From assembly GCA_030950485.1 (NCBI GenBank), contig JAUZRK010000002.1, positions 111-64,110 on the forward strand: 64,000 nt of DNA, given 5' to 3'. The stretch comes from Candidatus Dojkabacteria bacterium. GTDB taxonomy: Bacteria; Patescibacteriota; Dojkabacteria; J137. Under the pieces are notes generated by a model. That model was not told the DNA's origin. It did no database searches and was given only the letters and a program-made list of their open reading frames with translations. Positions 50,573-61,228 of the stretch are shown here, piece after piece (the stretch's first letter is position 1; every line of letters begins with the position of its first letter). The position numbers and the translations under genes are program-made.

Positions 50573-51448
50573 CTATTCTTCAATTCTATCAACTATTGAT
50601 TCCAGTTTATTTAATCCAGCTTGAATTTCTGGAGTTCCTTTTGATATTCCTGGATGTCTATTTACTTCTAATAAGTATGGTTTATTATCAGGATGTGATA
50701 TTAGAATATCTGGTCTTGCCCATTTTAAATCTAGTGCTTTTACAGACAACTTTGCAATATTTTGAATATGTTCAGGTATCTCTTTAATATCTACAAATAC
50801 TTCTTTTGCTCCTTTTGAAGCATTATTTACATGTTCTCCATCTTTTCCATAACTTTTTTCTGCTGAGAGAATATTTCCTTCTGCAGTTAGAATACCCCAA
50901 TCATACTCGTTTTTAACGAACTGTTGAAACATGAATTTTTTTCTATTCGCTAACCCATCAATAATTTTTTTTAATTCTTTCTTATTATAAGCTACATCTA
51001 TGTCATTTCCTTGAGATCCTTTTAGACTCTTTACTAGAATTGGAAAGTTTAAATGTTTTAAAACAGCTTTAACTGTATAGTTACTTTTAGTACCGCCCAT
51101 AAAATAGGTAGCCGGAATGGGTAGTTTATTTAATGCAAAGCTAACTTGATCAGTTATTTTAGAAGTAGTTTTTTCTACCTTTGTATGTTCAATCCCTACT
51201 GAATCTAGATATAGTGAAATTGCGTATGAAAGATCTCTATTAGACCAATATGAAGTTAACCAAACGAAATCATAATTCCTTATATCCTCACCCTTGCAAA
51301 GTACTCTTATTTCATCATTTTCAAAAATAAATTCAATATTCCGCATTCGACTATTTACAAATTCGTATTCTGCGTTACCTTGAAAATGTTCTAAAATTGT
51401 ACTTAGATTTTGTAAACCAGGTACTATCAGTATTCGTTTCTTGTCCAT
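50573..51448 (-). CDS. ATP-grasp enzyme (RimK / glutathione-synthetase-like)
   Basis: KSLKGSQGNDIDV and C-terminal LLEVNRHPG are typical of RimK-type ATP-grasp ligases. Confidence 0.6.
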   Translation of the reverse strand: MDKKRILIVPGLQNLSTILEHFQGNAEYEFVNSRMRNIEFIFENDEIRVLCKGEDIRNYDFVWLTSYWSNRDLSYAISLYLDSVGIEHTKVEKTTSKITDQVSFALNKLPIPATYFMGGTKSNYTVKAVLKHLNFPILVKSLKGSQGNDIDVAYNKKELKKIIDGLANRKKFMFQQFVKNEYDWGILTAEGNILSAEKSYGKDGEHVNNASKGAKEVFVDIKEIPEHIQNIAKLSVKALDLKWARPDILISHPDNKPYLLEVNRHPGISKGTPEIQAGLNKLESIVDRIEE

Positions 51449-51557
51449 AGGTGTTGTTTCATGTTAACGATTAAATTTCTTTACAGGGTCTTTCCAGAGT
51501 ATTTGAAAGAGTGTTGCCAAGGATTATAACATAAATAATACATATTCATTAGGGATA

Positions 51558-52250
51558 TCAAAAGCCCTCAGCTTCAACAAATATATCGTGAGCTGTATCA
51601 TTTGCTGTTTGTGAAATTTCCAATATTGATTTGAATGTATTATATAGATCATTTCTTTTCATTAATGCACTTTCTTCTATCCAAAAGCTTTCGTGTTCTG
51701 GCATTTTCTCTTTTAATTCACCCTCAGTGTTGTGTACTGAAAATATGACCATAATTTGATCTTGGACGATTCTATTCGTTTTATCGTAAGCAAATTTTCT
51801 CTCAATTCTTCTAAATTTGAATTCACCACTTAATCCAGTTTCTTCTATAAGTTCTCTCCTTGCAGCTTCTTCGTATGTTTCTCCAAATCTTACTTTTCCC
51901 GTATATCCTCCTACTTTTCCAAAGTATGGGTGTTTAAGTCTTCTATTAACTAAGAATTCTTTATTACCATCTTTGCTTCTAGAAACGAAAATTGCTACTG
52001 ATACTTTTGGCAACTTCTCCAATTTCATATTCTCTTCGTCTACTCTACCTATATATTCTTTTCCTTTTGAATTAAGTTTATATAGATCACCAGCTTTTTC
52101 TACTAATTCATCATCAAGTAATTTTTTAATGTAGTAGTTAAAATGGTTTGATGTAATGTTTTTTATTTGAAGCTCGGAAAATTTTAAACCATTTTCAGAA
52201 TACATTAGTTTTCTAAGTATTTGATCTTGGTATGGCAGGTATTTGTTCAT
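51558..52250 (-). CDS. Winged-helix (HTH) plus canonical Nudix-domain protein (putative Nudix-linked regulator)
   Basis: N-terminal wHTH paralogous to 14698-15459. Intact Nudix box GKVRFGETYEEAARRELIEETGL. Confidence 0.7.
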   Translation of the reverse strand: MNKYLPYQDQILRKLMYSENGLKFSELQIKNITSNHFNYYIKKLLDDELVEKAGDLYKLNSKGKEYIGRVDEENMKLEKLPKVSVAIFVSRSKDGNKEFLVNRRLKHPYFGKVGGYTGKVRFGETYEEAARRELIEETGLSGEFKFRRIERKFAYDKTNRIVQDQIMVIFSVHNTEGELKEKMPEHESFWIEESALMKRNDLYNTFKSILEISQTANDTAHDIFVEAEGF

Positions 52251-52351
52251 AGTATATTTATTATCTGTATTGAATTTAACAATACTAACTAAAAATATCT
52301 AGTGAAAAGTTTTTGGGTAATATTTGTTTTACTACTAAAAAAATAGATACC

Positions 52352-52939
52352 TTAACTTACAAATTTATCTGGAACTATATCTTGTCCTTTAGAGTGAGTT
52401 TCCAAGTATTCTAATGAATCATTTATACTGTCAGAAATAAAAACAATAGATTCTAGTGGGACTTTTGTAAATTGTTTTACAAAGTTTTCTTTAAAAAATT
52501 CTATAAATGTATTATAAAAGCCATTATGATTGTACAAAACTATAGGTTTATCAAACAACTTATTAGCTTTCCCACCAATAATAGTACCTATTTCCTCGAA
52601 GGTTCCATATCCTCCTGGAAGTACTATAAACCCATCTGAAAGATCTATTATTTTTCGCTTTCTCTCTTCCATAGTATCCATTAAGAATGATTTATCAAGA
52701 CCGTCAAATGCCTTGTAACCTTTAGTTACTTTCATTAAATCTTTAGCCATTACACCAGTTAGATCATTACCGCCAGCAGATTTATAAGCTTTGGCTAGCT
52801 CCGCCATCATTCCATAGTCAGTTCCTCCGTAAACTACTCCATGATTTAATGTAGCTATTTGAATTAATAGATTATTAGTTAAATCAATATATTCCTGTCC
52901 TACATTCATTGAAGATGTTAAAGTTATTCCAATTTTCAT
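52352..52939 (-). CDS. LOG-family protein (cytokinin riboside 5'-monophosphate phosphoribohydrolase-like, TIGR00730)
   Basis: GGTDYGMMAELAKAYKSAGG and FIVLPGGYGTFEEI motifs. Confidence 0.8.
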   Translation of the reverse strand: MKIGITLTSSMNVGQEYIDLTNNLLIQIATLNHGVVYGGTDYGMMAELAKAYKSAGGNDLTGVMAKDLMKVTKGYKAFDGLDKSFLMDTMEERKRKIIDLSDGFIVLPGGYGTFEEIGTIIGGKANKLFDKPIVLYNHNGFYNTFIEFFKENFVKQFTKVPLESIVFISDSINDSLEYLETHSKGQDIVPDKFVS

Positions 52940-53008
52940 AGTGAAATGATTCTAAATAGATATAATTCAATCTATCATAGATTTACACAAAATTAAAAAT
53001 ATAGATAC

Positions 53009-55402
53009 TTATTGTCCCCTCTTAATCCTCAATGAATTCATTACAACAGAAACTGAACTAAACGCCATTGCCGCACTTGCAATTACTGGCGATAATAAAC
53101 TTCCAAAAATTGGATAGAATAAACCAGCAGCTATAGGAATAGCTATAACATTGTATCCAAATGCCCAGAATAGATTTTGCTTTATTATAGATAGAGTTTT
53201 ATTAGATAGCTCTATTGTTTCAATAACTTTATCTAAAGTTCCCTTTACTAAGACAACATCTCCAGATTCAATAGCTACATCAGTTCCAGTCCCCATTGCA
53301 ATACCAATATCAGCAGTTGCTAACGCAGGAGCATCGTTAATTCCATCACCTACCATAGCTATAACAAGATCCTCACTAGTCTTTAACTCTTTAATTTTAT
53401 TAGCTTTGTCAGATGGCAGTACTTCAGCAACTACTTCGTCAATTCCTAACTGAGAGGCTATAGCTTCTGCTGTTTTTTGATTATCTCCAGTTAACATTAC
53501 TACTTTAATCCCTAATCTATGAAGTTTTTCAATAGCGTTCTTAGAATCTTCTTTAATAGTATCTGCTAGCGCAAAAAGAGCTACAACTAAATTATCAATG
53601 CTTACAAATATAGTTGTCTTCCCCTCATTTATTAATCTAGCCGCTTCTTCTGAAGTTTTCTTATCAATGTTTATTTTCTTACTATCCATTAATCTTTGAT
53701 TTCCAAGCATTACCTCTAATTTATCAATTTCACCTTCTACACCCATTCCCTCTATGTTATTAAATTTTTCTACTTTTAGACTTACTTCTCCTAATTCATT
53801 TAAAGCGTATTGAGATATCGTGCTTGAAAGAGGATGCTCAGATAAATGCTCAATCGAGTAAGAATAACTTAAAATAGTTTCTCTTTTCTCTTTATCAGAA
53901 ATATAAAAGTCTGTTACCTCTGGTTGACCTTTAGTTAAGGTACCGGTTTTATCGAAAACAATAGTGTCTATCTTATGCGCTAATTCAAGAGCTTTTGCAT
54001 CTTTAATTAAAATTCCATTTCGCGCAGCAATTCCTGTACCTACCATTGCAGCAGTTGGCGTAGCTAGTCCAAGAGCACAAGGACAAGCAATTATTAATAC
54101 AGAAGTTGTTATGTATGTTGCAAGCTGAATTATACTAGTTCCATCTTCAACTAGACCTAGTCTATCTGCTATTAAGCTCCAGAATGTAAATGATATAACT
54201 GCAATTATAATAACAATTGGAACAAAGACGCTTGAGATCTTGTCTGCTAGTTTTTGAATAGGTGCCTCAGTTCCTGAAGCTTCTTCAACCATTTTTATAA
54301 TTTGAGCCAACATTGTTTCATTTCCAACTTTCTTTGCGCTGAATTTAAATGTTGAGGTTTTATTAATTGTAGAACCTATTACTTCATCTCCTTGCGTTTT
54401 AGTTATAGGTAAAGACTCTCCTGTTACCATTGATTCGTCAATCGTAGTTTTTCCATCAATTATTTCTCCATCAACAGGTATTTTTTCTCCAGGCCTAACT
54501 ATTATAATATCGTTTAAAATCACTTCTTCTATTGGTAATTTTATTTCTTCTCCATTTCTAATTACAGTTGCGTGCTTTGCTTGTAACTCTAATAATTTTT
54601 TTATTGCATCATTAGCCTGTCCTTTTGCCCTGGCTTCGAGAAGTCTTCCTAGTAAAATGAATAGTACTATAAATACTGAAGCCTCAAAAAATACATCTAC
54701 ATCGATATTATTAAATACTTTTGGAAAAAAAGTCACTACTGTTGAAAATAACCATGCAGTGAATGTTCCTAAAGCTACCAGCGTATCCATGTTTGTAGCT
54801 TTTACTTTTAAAGCGCTCCAAGCACTTTGGAAAAATTGGCTACCTCCCCAAAATAAAATCGGAGTAGAAAGCAAGAATTGAAATAAAAAGAAATTATTAA
54901 TCATTAAGTTAGTGTTGCCACTATTTATATCAGTATGTCCTAAAGGAGCATGTGACATTTCGACAATACCTGCCATTGAAAGCATCATCCACATCATTAT
55001 GAAAATAAATGGAATTGCTAAAAATGCTACTATTTTTACTTTTCTAACAAGTTTTTGATACTCCTTCTTTTTAAGACTTGCTGCGTGATTATGAGAATTG
55101 TCTTGATTCTTTCCTGAATTATTAGAACTCTCAATTTTTTTAGTATTCATTGGATCCGCAAGAACTGTTTCTCCTTGTTCATTATTGATTAATTTATACG
55201 AGCCTGCCGATTCGACAGCTTTACTTAAATTTTTAAGAATTTCTTCTGAGTTTAATGATTCATTTAATTCAACAGTCATTATTTCTGTTGCGTAATTTAC
55301 TTTTACTGATTCTACTCCTTCTACTTTACTAATCATTTTTTCAATCAGCATCTTACAAGAAGCACAGTGCATTCCGATTATTGGATATGTTTGTTTCATC
55401 AT
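53009..55402 (-). CDS. copA: Copper-translocating P-type ATPase
   Basis: N-terminal HMA domain (GMHCASCK), CPC motif ([12 protein letters not shown]), [15 protein letters not shown]. Confidence 0.9.
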   Translation of the reverse strand: MMKQTYPIIGMHCASCKMLIEKMISKVEGVESVKVNYATEIMTVELNESLNSEEILKNLSKAVESAGSYKLINNEQGETVLADPMNTKKIESSNNSGKNQDNSHNHAASLKKKEYQKLVRKVKIVAFLAIPFIFIMMWMMLSMAGIVEMSHAPLGHTDINSGNTNLMINNFFLFQFLLSTPILFWGGSQFFQSAWSALKVKATNMDTLVALGTFTAWLFSTVVTFFPKVFNNIDVDVFFEASVFIVLFILLGRLLEARAKGQANDAIKKLLELQAKHATVIRNGEEIKLPIEEVILNDIIIVRPGEKIPVDGEIIDGKTTIDESMVTGESLPITKTQGDEVIGSTINKTSTFKFSAKKVGNETMLAQIIKMVEEASGTEAPIQKLADKISSVFVPIVIIIAVISFTFWSLIADRLGLVEDGTSIIQLATYITTSVLIIACPCALGLATPTAAMVGTGIAARNGILIKDAKALELAHKIDTIVFDKTGTLTKGQPEVTDFYISDKEKRETILSYSYSIEHLSEHPLSSTISQYALNELGEVSLKVEKFNNIEGMGVEGEIDKLEVMLGNQRLMDSKKINIDKKTSEEAARLINEGKTTIFVSIDNLVVALFALADTIKEDSKNAIEKLHRLGIKVVMLTGDNQKTAEAIASQLGIDEVVAEVLPSDKANKIKELKTSEDLVIAMVGDGINDAPALATADIGIAMGTGTDVAIESGDVVLVKGTLDKVIETIELSNKTLSIIKQNLFWAFGYNVIAIPIAAGLFYPIFGSLLSPVIASAAMAFSSVSVVMNSLRIKRGQ

Positions 55403-55406
55403 TTAT

Positions 55407-55871
55407 TTAACCTAATATAAATCTAAAATATTTAAAGTGATTTTTAACAAAATCAGAATTTCCGATATATTTATCCACACCTAAATATCTGCCGGCCCCA
55501 AAAATTCCTAATTGAATAAAAACTAGTGCGTAGATTATATGATCATCAATAGGACCGTGTTCAGCTGGTAAGGCCGATATATAAAATAGAACCATCATAA
55601 TAACTCCGCAAATGCTCCCAAACCTAGTTAAAACACCTAGTAATAGAGATAGTCCAATTCCTATTTGGCCGTATACAACTAAGAAATCAATAATACTATT
55701 GCCCGCCATTTCACTAAAGAAATCTTTGAATGGTCCTGAAGTTGCGTAGGCTAAGTATCCTTCTGAGCTAAAGTCGTTTAATAATTTATCAATACCCGAA
55801 TATAAAAATATAAATCCAATTGAAATTCTTAAAATGACAATAATTAATGATCGTTTATTAATAGTTCTCAC
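55407..55871 (-). CDS. DoxX-family membrane protein
   Basis: 154 aa, 4 TM, DoxX-like N-terminus (ILRISIGFIFLYSGIDKL). Confidence 0.65.
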   Translation of the reverse strand: MRTINKRSLIIVILRISIGFIFLYSGIDKLLNDFSSEGYLAYATSGPFKDFFSEMAGNSIIDFLVVYGQIGIGLSLLLGVLTRFGSICGVIMMVLFYISALPAEHGPIDDHIIYALVFIQLGIFGAGRYLGVDKYIGNSDFVKNHFKYFRFILG

Positions 55872-55892
55872 TTTTATAAAGTAAAAAATAAA

Positions 55893-57335
55893 TTATTTAA
55901 CAACTATAGTATTCATCATTCCTGATTCTGCATGTTCTAGGATATGGCAATGGTGTGCCCACTCTCCTTTATCTAGAGGGACTATTGCTACTCTGACTGT
56001 TTCATTTGGATGAACTAATACAGTGTCTCTAAAATAGTTCTCATTTGAAGCTACTCCATTTCTACTAATCACTTTAAAGAATTGTCCATGAAGGTGCATA
56101 GGATGTAATCTAAATGATTCATTCTTATATTCAAGAATATTTACTTCATTATATTTCAATATATAATCTGAATTATCTGGAAATACTTCATTATTTATAG
56201 CCCAATTTATTCCCCCCATCATTCCCATTCCTCCATTACCACTAAATGTATTTAACTTAAAGCTAATATCAACATCATTATTAATAGCATCTGTCCAATC
56301 TGGAATATTAATATTAACTGGGTAATCAAAGTCAGGTGTCTCTATTGTACTGCCAGTAACTATGATTTCAGCTAGCTGGTAGTTATTTCTAGTATAGTAA
56401 TCGTAAACCTTAAAAGTCTTTCCACTTGAATCTTTAGGAATCTTTATATCTAGATCTACTCTATTTCCAGGTGCTATTTCAAAATTGTCTAAATCAAAAG
56501 CTTCTTTTACATACATTCCGTCAACCGCAATTATTTTAGAATCTAGACTCCCAAAAGAAGGCAGATATACTCTTCCATTAGAAGTGTTAACTAATCGTAG
56601 TCTAATTCTCTCTCCAGGTCTTACCTCTAATTGCTCATTAATAGTGCCATTAACAGTAATTACATTTCCCCATCTACCATCATGCATTAGATCTCCGCCA
56701 GTTACAAAATTCGGATCTATTTGATAAGTATCTGTCATTCTAATATCATCTAATATCCAAACTACATCCTGTGAATATTCTTTTGAGATTTTATCTTCTA
56801 CTATTAAAGTTCCAAATAATCCTCTTTCTACTTGCTCTGCTCCTCTTACGTGAGGGTGAAACCAAAATGTGCCTGCATCTTTAGGTGTAAATTCGTAAAC
56901 AAATGAATCTCCAGGCGCTATTGGTTCTTGATTCACTCCAGGAACACCATCCATTGCGTTTGGAACTCTAACCCCATGCCAGTGTATTGTAGTTTCATCT
57001 GGGAGATTATTAGTAAAGTTAACCTTTAATGTATCTCCTAGATTTATTCTAATTTCAGGTCCAGGGATTTCTCCGTTATAGCTCCAAACTTTAGTCTTAT
57101 AACCATTAACTATCTCTACCTCATCCTCATAAGCTCTAATACCAACTTCAACTACTTCTCCTGAATCATTAACAACATTTGAATAAGCATTACCAAATTC
57201 TCCTCTAAGAGCTGGCGAGCTAACATTGTTCGTGAGCAAGCTAGATCCAACAACTAATACTCCAACTACAAATAGGCCAATTGTCATCAAGTTAGTCGCT
57301 TTCTTTAAATTTGTTTTCTTAATTATTACTTGCAT
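55893..57335 (-). CDS. Multicopper oxidase
   Basis: Copper-binding motifs TIHWHGVRV and HCHILEHAESGMM; signal/TM at the N-terminus. Confidence 0.85.
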   Translation of the reverse strand: MQVIIKKTNLKKATNLMTIGLFVVGVLVVGSSLLTNNVSSPALRGEFGNAYSNVVNDSGEVVEVGIRAYEDEVEIVNGYKTKVWSYNGEIPGPEIRINLGDTLKVNFTNNLPDETTIHWHGVRVPNAMDGVPGVNQEPIAPGDSFVYEFTPKDAGTFWFHPHVRGAEQVERGLFGTLIVEDKISKEYSQDVVWILDDIRMTDTYQIDPNFVTGGDLMHDGRWGNVITVNGTINEQLEVRPGERIRLRLVNTSNGRVYLPSFGSLDSKIIAVDGMYVKEAFDLDNFEIAPGNRVDLDIKIPKDSSGKTFKVYDYYTRNNYQLAEIIVTGSTIETPDFDYPVNINIPDWTDAINNDVDISFKLNTFSGNGGMGMMGGINWAINNEVFPDNSDYILKYNEVNILEYKNESFRLHPMHLHGQFFKVISRNGVASNENYFRDTVLVHPNETVRVAIVPLDKGEWAHHCHILEHAESGMMNTIVVK

Positions 57336-57357
57336 TTATTACTGTGTAATTATCAAT

Positions 57358-57549
57358 CTAATTAATTAAATCACTTACTATTTGAACATCATTCTCCTCG
57401 ATTCCTTCTAAAACTAGCTCTCCTTTATTATCATCTTTTAATTCTAAGCTAACTACCTTATCTTCAAAGCCATTATCCTCAAGCTCCATTCTGATAAGAG
57501 ATACACAAGCTTGGCAGTGCATTCCATCGATTGTAAAAGTTGTATTCAT
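57358..57549 (-). CDS. copZ: Copper chaperone (HMA domain)
   Basis: 63 aa; GMHCQAC metal-binding motif. Confidence 0.75.
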   Translation of the reverse strand: MNTTFTIDGMHCQACVSLIRMELEDNGFEDKVVSLELKDDNKGELVLEGIEENDVQIVSDLIN

Positions 57550-57568
57550 TCTGAAATTATTAAAATAA

Positions 57569-58996
57569 TTAAATTACAAAAATATCTACAGGCTTAACCA
57601 TTCCCATTGAACAAGTAAGTTTATACTGACCTTTATTAGGCTCTCCTAAATCAATCTCAGTTATACCTTTGTTTAATGATACATAATTATCAATTAAACC
57701 ATTTGCAGCCATAAAGTAAGCGCATCCTTGAATACCTTGATTATCTACTATGATTTTTGTAGGTACTCCTGCTTTGATTGTAGTAGAGCTAGTTGGAATA
57801 TATTCAAATCCTTTTGCTGTTATATTGATTATTTGTACTCCTTCTTCATTTGCTGTAACTACCTCTCCTTGTTCAGAGCTGCTGAAAATATCATTCAAAC
57901 TATCTAGTCCTAAAACATTCAACTGCCCATTTATATTGTAAATAGCAAAGAATATAATGACTAATCCTGCTACTATATTGAATTTTGCAGTTAAGTGAGG
58001 CTTTGAATTAAATGCAACTCCACTAAAACTTATCATCATAAGTGGTACAAAAGTACCAAGAGCGAACATCAACATTATTGCAGCACCTCTTATAAAGTCA
58101 CCACTTGTTAATGCTATAGCTTGAGCTATTAAAGTAAATCCACAAGGAAGTAAAAATGTTAATGATCCAAGTAGAAAAGGCATATATCTACCTTTAAAAT
58201 TTGTTTCATCAGATGCAAATCTTGTTAAAGATTTTGGCGCGGTGAATTTAAATCTTTGGAATTTATCTACTCCAAGCATCTGCATTGCTAGTATAAACAT
58301 TATTATTGAGACAATAATTGTGATAGTTGCAAATACAGCTAAGTTATCTAACGATATTTTTTCACCTAATAATCCAAGAACTCCTCCTAAGATTGTAAAA
58401 GATGTAATTCTTCCCAGATGAAAAAGCATATGCGGCTCTGCTTTTTCTCTATTTGAATCCTTATCAATATAAATCTCATTCCATTGCTTACTCATAGATA
58501 GAAGCAATCCTCCAACAAGTGCCGCGCAGCTTGAAAACCCAGCTGCTAATCCTAGGAATAGGAACGCAGGTAAGGCTGATTTTGAATCTACACTAACGTA
58601 CTGACCTAATTTTAGCTCTTGGAAAAAGTAAAAGGCTACTAATAATGAGACACTAATAATAATAAGCCTTAAGTAATTCTTGAACTTTTTTGGGTTTATA
58701 CTTAGCCCTCCATTTTTAAAACTTATTGCTGGAGTTATATCTCTCTTAAACTGTTTGTCGCTAAATTTATATCCTAGACTCTTAAAATCTTTATTAAGTC
58801 CTTCTAAATTAGGTTTTTCTGTTCCAACATATTTTATGTCTACTCTCCCCCCTTTTAGAGAAGCATCAACTGAATCAATCCCGTCTTGCTTTAAAAGTTT
58901 TCTTTCAATTAATATTTCGCAAGAAGCGCAATGCATTCCTTCTACGTAAAGAGTGCAATTTGTAACTTGGTTATTTGGTTTATTTTTTTTGCTCAT
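57569..58996 (-). CDS. Copper-handling membrane protein: N-terminal HMA domain, CcdA/DsbD-like TM core with two conserved Cys, C-terminal cupredoxin-like domain
   Basis: GMHCASCE; TM Cys in FSSCAAL and LLPCGF; C-terminal beta-rich domain with CAYF..CSMGM. Confidence 0.6.
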   Translation of the reverse strand: MSKKNKPNNQVTNCTLYVEGMHCASCEILIERKLLKQDGIDSVDASLKGGRVDIKYVGTEKPNLEGLNKDFKSLGYKFSDKQFKRDITPAISFKNGGLSINPKKFKNYLRLIIISVSLLVAFYFFQELKLGQYVSVDSKSALPAFLFLGLAAGFSSCAALVGGLLLSMSKQWNEIYIDKDSNREKAEPHMLFHLGRITSFTILGGVLGLLGEKISLDNLAVFATITIIVSIIMFILAMQMLGVDKFQRFKFTAPKSLTRFASDETNFKGRYMPFLLGSLTFLLPCGFTLIAQAIALTSGDFIRGAAIMLMFALGTFVPLMMISFSGVAFNSKPHLTAKFNIVAGLVIIFFAIYNINGQLNVLGLDSLNDIFSSSEQGEVVTANEEGVQIINITAKGFEYIPTSSTTIKAGVPTKIIVDNQGIQGCAYFMAANGLIDNYVSLNKGITEIDLGEPNKGQYKLTCSMGMVKPVDIFVI

Positions 58997-59001
58997 TTTA
59001 T

Positions 59002-59280
59002 TTATTTATAATCGAATAATTTTAACAATTCCTCAGTTGTTTTCTTTTCTTCACCATTTTTAACTTGATCAATTACGCAGTGATTAAGATGATCTTCTAT
59101 AATTAAAAGATCTATCTTTTTTAAGGCACTTTGTACTGCTCTAGATTGGTGAACTATATCTACGCAGTATTTATCGTCTTCAAGCATTTGTTGAATTTTT
59201 TTTAGATGACCTTGGACTATCTTTATTCTGTGAATTGCTCTTGTTTTTACATCTTTTTGATGTTTGTGGTTATGTTCCAT
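59002..59280 (-). CDS. csoR: CsoR/RcnR-family metal-sensing transcriptional repressor
   Basis: 92 aa; conserved RIKIVQGHLKKIQQMLEDDKYCVDIVHQSRAVQSAL...HLNHC (Cys-His-Cys copper ligand pattern). Confidence 0.8.
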   Translation of the reverse strand: MEHNHKHQKDVKTRAIHRIKIVQGHLKKIQQMLEDDKYCVDIVHQSRAVQSALKKIDLLIIEDHLNHCVIDQVKNGEEKKTTEELLKLFDYK

Positions 59281-59304
59281 AAGTATATTGTTTGAAATAT
59301 TTTA

Positions 59305-59321
59305 ATCCCTCTATAGGGGAT
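59305..59321. promoter_or_regulatory. GC-rich pseudo-palindrome ATCCC-N7-GGGAT; candidate CsoR operator
   Basis: ATCCCTCTATAGGGGAT lies 25 nt upstream of the csoR start, in the csoR / cupredoxin divergent region. Resembles known CsoR operators (TACCC...GGGTA type). Confidence 0.35.
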
Positions 59322-59480
59322 ATATTACTCCCAATTTTTAAATAATGCAAGAGAAGTTTTTTGTAACAAGTAACCTAAGAAAACGTTTAATGAAGTTTAT
59401 TTCCTGTCTATAGCCATTTGTTTGCCCTCAAAGTAGAAAAATAGTAATCTAATATATTATTTAAATTTTAAAAACGACAT

Positions 59481-59975
59481 ATGAATAAAAATCCATTAAT
59501 CTACATTTTAGCCCTTGCAATAATAGTAATCGGAGGTTATTTAGGCTATCAAGCTTTTAACGACGAAGAAGAAAAAGAAGATAGTGACACTGCCCAAGTT
59601 GATGAAAGAAATGATGAAGTGACAACTACAGTTACTCCTGGAGAAACAAATTTACCAAGTCCTTTAGAAGGCGAATTTGATGGAACAATCTTTGACTTTG
59701 CAGTAACAATGTCTAACAACGAATTTGATATCCCAATGATTGCTGCAGAGCCTGGGGATACAATTAACGTACTTGTAATATCAGAGCAAGGGTCACATAG
59801 TTTTGTTATAGATGAGTTAAATGTAGATACAGGAATATTAACTGCTGGAGAAAGAAAAGAATTGTCTATAACAATTCCAGAAGATATGGCGCCAGGAACA
59901 TATGAATTTTATTGTGGAGTCGGGAATCACAGAGCGCAGGGAATGATAGGAGAATTTGTAGTAACACAACTATAG
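59481..59975 (+). CDS. Cupredoxin (plastocyanin/azurin-like) copper protein, membrane-anchored
   Basis: N-terminal TM; type-1 copper ligand pattern H(S)F...YCGVGNHRAQGM. A hairpin terminator follows at 59999-60034. Confidence 0.7.
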   Translation: MNKNPLIYILALAIIVIGGYLGYQAFNDEEEKEDSDTAQVDERNDEVTTTVTPGETNLPSPLEGEFDGTIFDFAVTMSNNEFDIPMIAAEPGDTINVLVISEQGSHSFVIDELNVDTGILTAGERKELSITIPEDMAPGTYEFYCGVGNHRAQGMIGEFVVTQL

Positions 59976-60195
59976 TCTAAAAATTTCAAGATAATAAAGA
60001 AGGCAACAATCATCATTGTCGCCTTCTTTATTAAAATATTTATTTATCTTGCTTTAATACCATAACCTCTCTAACCTCAACGCTTCAATCTAACTCATAA
60101 GTCGGGCAACCTTTAGTAATTTCTAGTGCTGCATCAATGCTTTTGAGTATAAGGTAATTTTTGTTAAAATCACCTAGTAAAAATATAAACCCTTT

Positions 60196-61051
60196 ATGAA
60201 CCTATTAACGGAACAAGTTTTAAATATGCTACCTCTCTTCTTACTAATACTAATAGGATTTGTTAGTGGAAAAGCATTAAAGATAACTGACTACTCTGTT
60301 ATTTCAAAATTAATAATATTTGTTTTCACACCAATTATTGCTTTTAATGCAATTATCACAGCTCCTGTAAAAGCAAGTTTATTAGTACTTCCATTTCTTT
60401 TCTTTTTTACTACAACAATTTTAGCCTTAGTAACTAAGGTTGTATTAGCAAAATTTACAAAATGGGATTTAGCTCTTATTAATACACTTTCATATAGTTC
60501 AGGTTCTGGAAATGTAGCTTTTTATGGAGTCCCAGCTGTCTTAATACTTTTTGGAGATGAATATTTACCGATAATACTTATAAGTATGATAGGTTATATT
60601 ATTTATGATAGTTCTATAGGTTATATTGGGATTGGTTGCACTAACACTTTATCAAGATTACTCAAGTAATGAGACTTATAGCTTTATAGTTGAAAACTCT
60701 CAGTCTACAATGGCAACTTTAGGGATATTTCTAATTGGTCTTGCAGTTTCTAACTTAAACGTAAAAATGAATAAGTCTTACTTATTCTCAATCTCTCTAA
60801 TAAAAGTAGTAATTAACCCATTAATTATTTTATTATTGATACTCCTAGATAGAGTTACCTTCAACATTTTAGAAGAAAGTTATTATGAAATATTAATGCT
60901 TATTGGATCAGTTCCTGTAGCTACTAACTCAGTAATTCTTGCAACGGAATTTACAAAGAAAGAACAAACAGCAGCTTTAGGAGTTTTAGTTACAGCAATA
61001 TTATCATTATTAAGTATTCCAGTTTGGCAGTATATTGTTGGATTGATATAA
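60196..61051 (+). pseudogene. AEC-family (auxin efflux carrier / malate permease-like) transporter split into two overlapping ORFs by a frameshift (~60626-60669)
   Basis: ORF 60196-60669 carries the AEC N-terminal half and ORF 60626-61051 (frame +1) the C-terminal half (LIGSVPVATNSVILATEF...). Together they make up a ~300-aa AEC permease. Confidence 0.55.
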
Positions 61052-61228
61052 AAATAGTTTTACTGATTTAAAGAGTTAAACTAGTAATAACTATTAGTAT
61101 GTAGAAAGCTGTATTTTTCTAACAATCTGAACTAAGGGACAATTTATATAAGCTAGAACCCCGCGTTTACTGTCTTTAAGTAAATTCTTGGTATTTGCTT
61201 TTTAAAGCTCAAATGGTGATAATAATTT

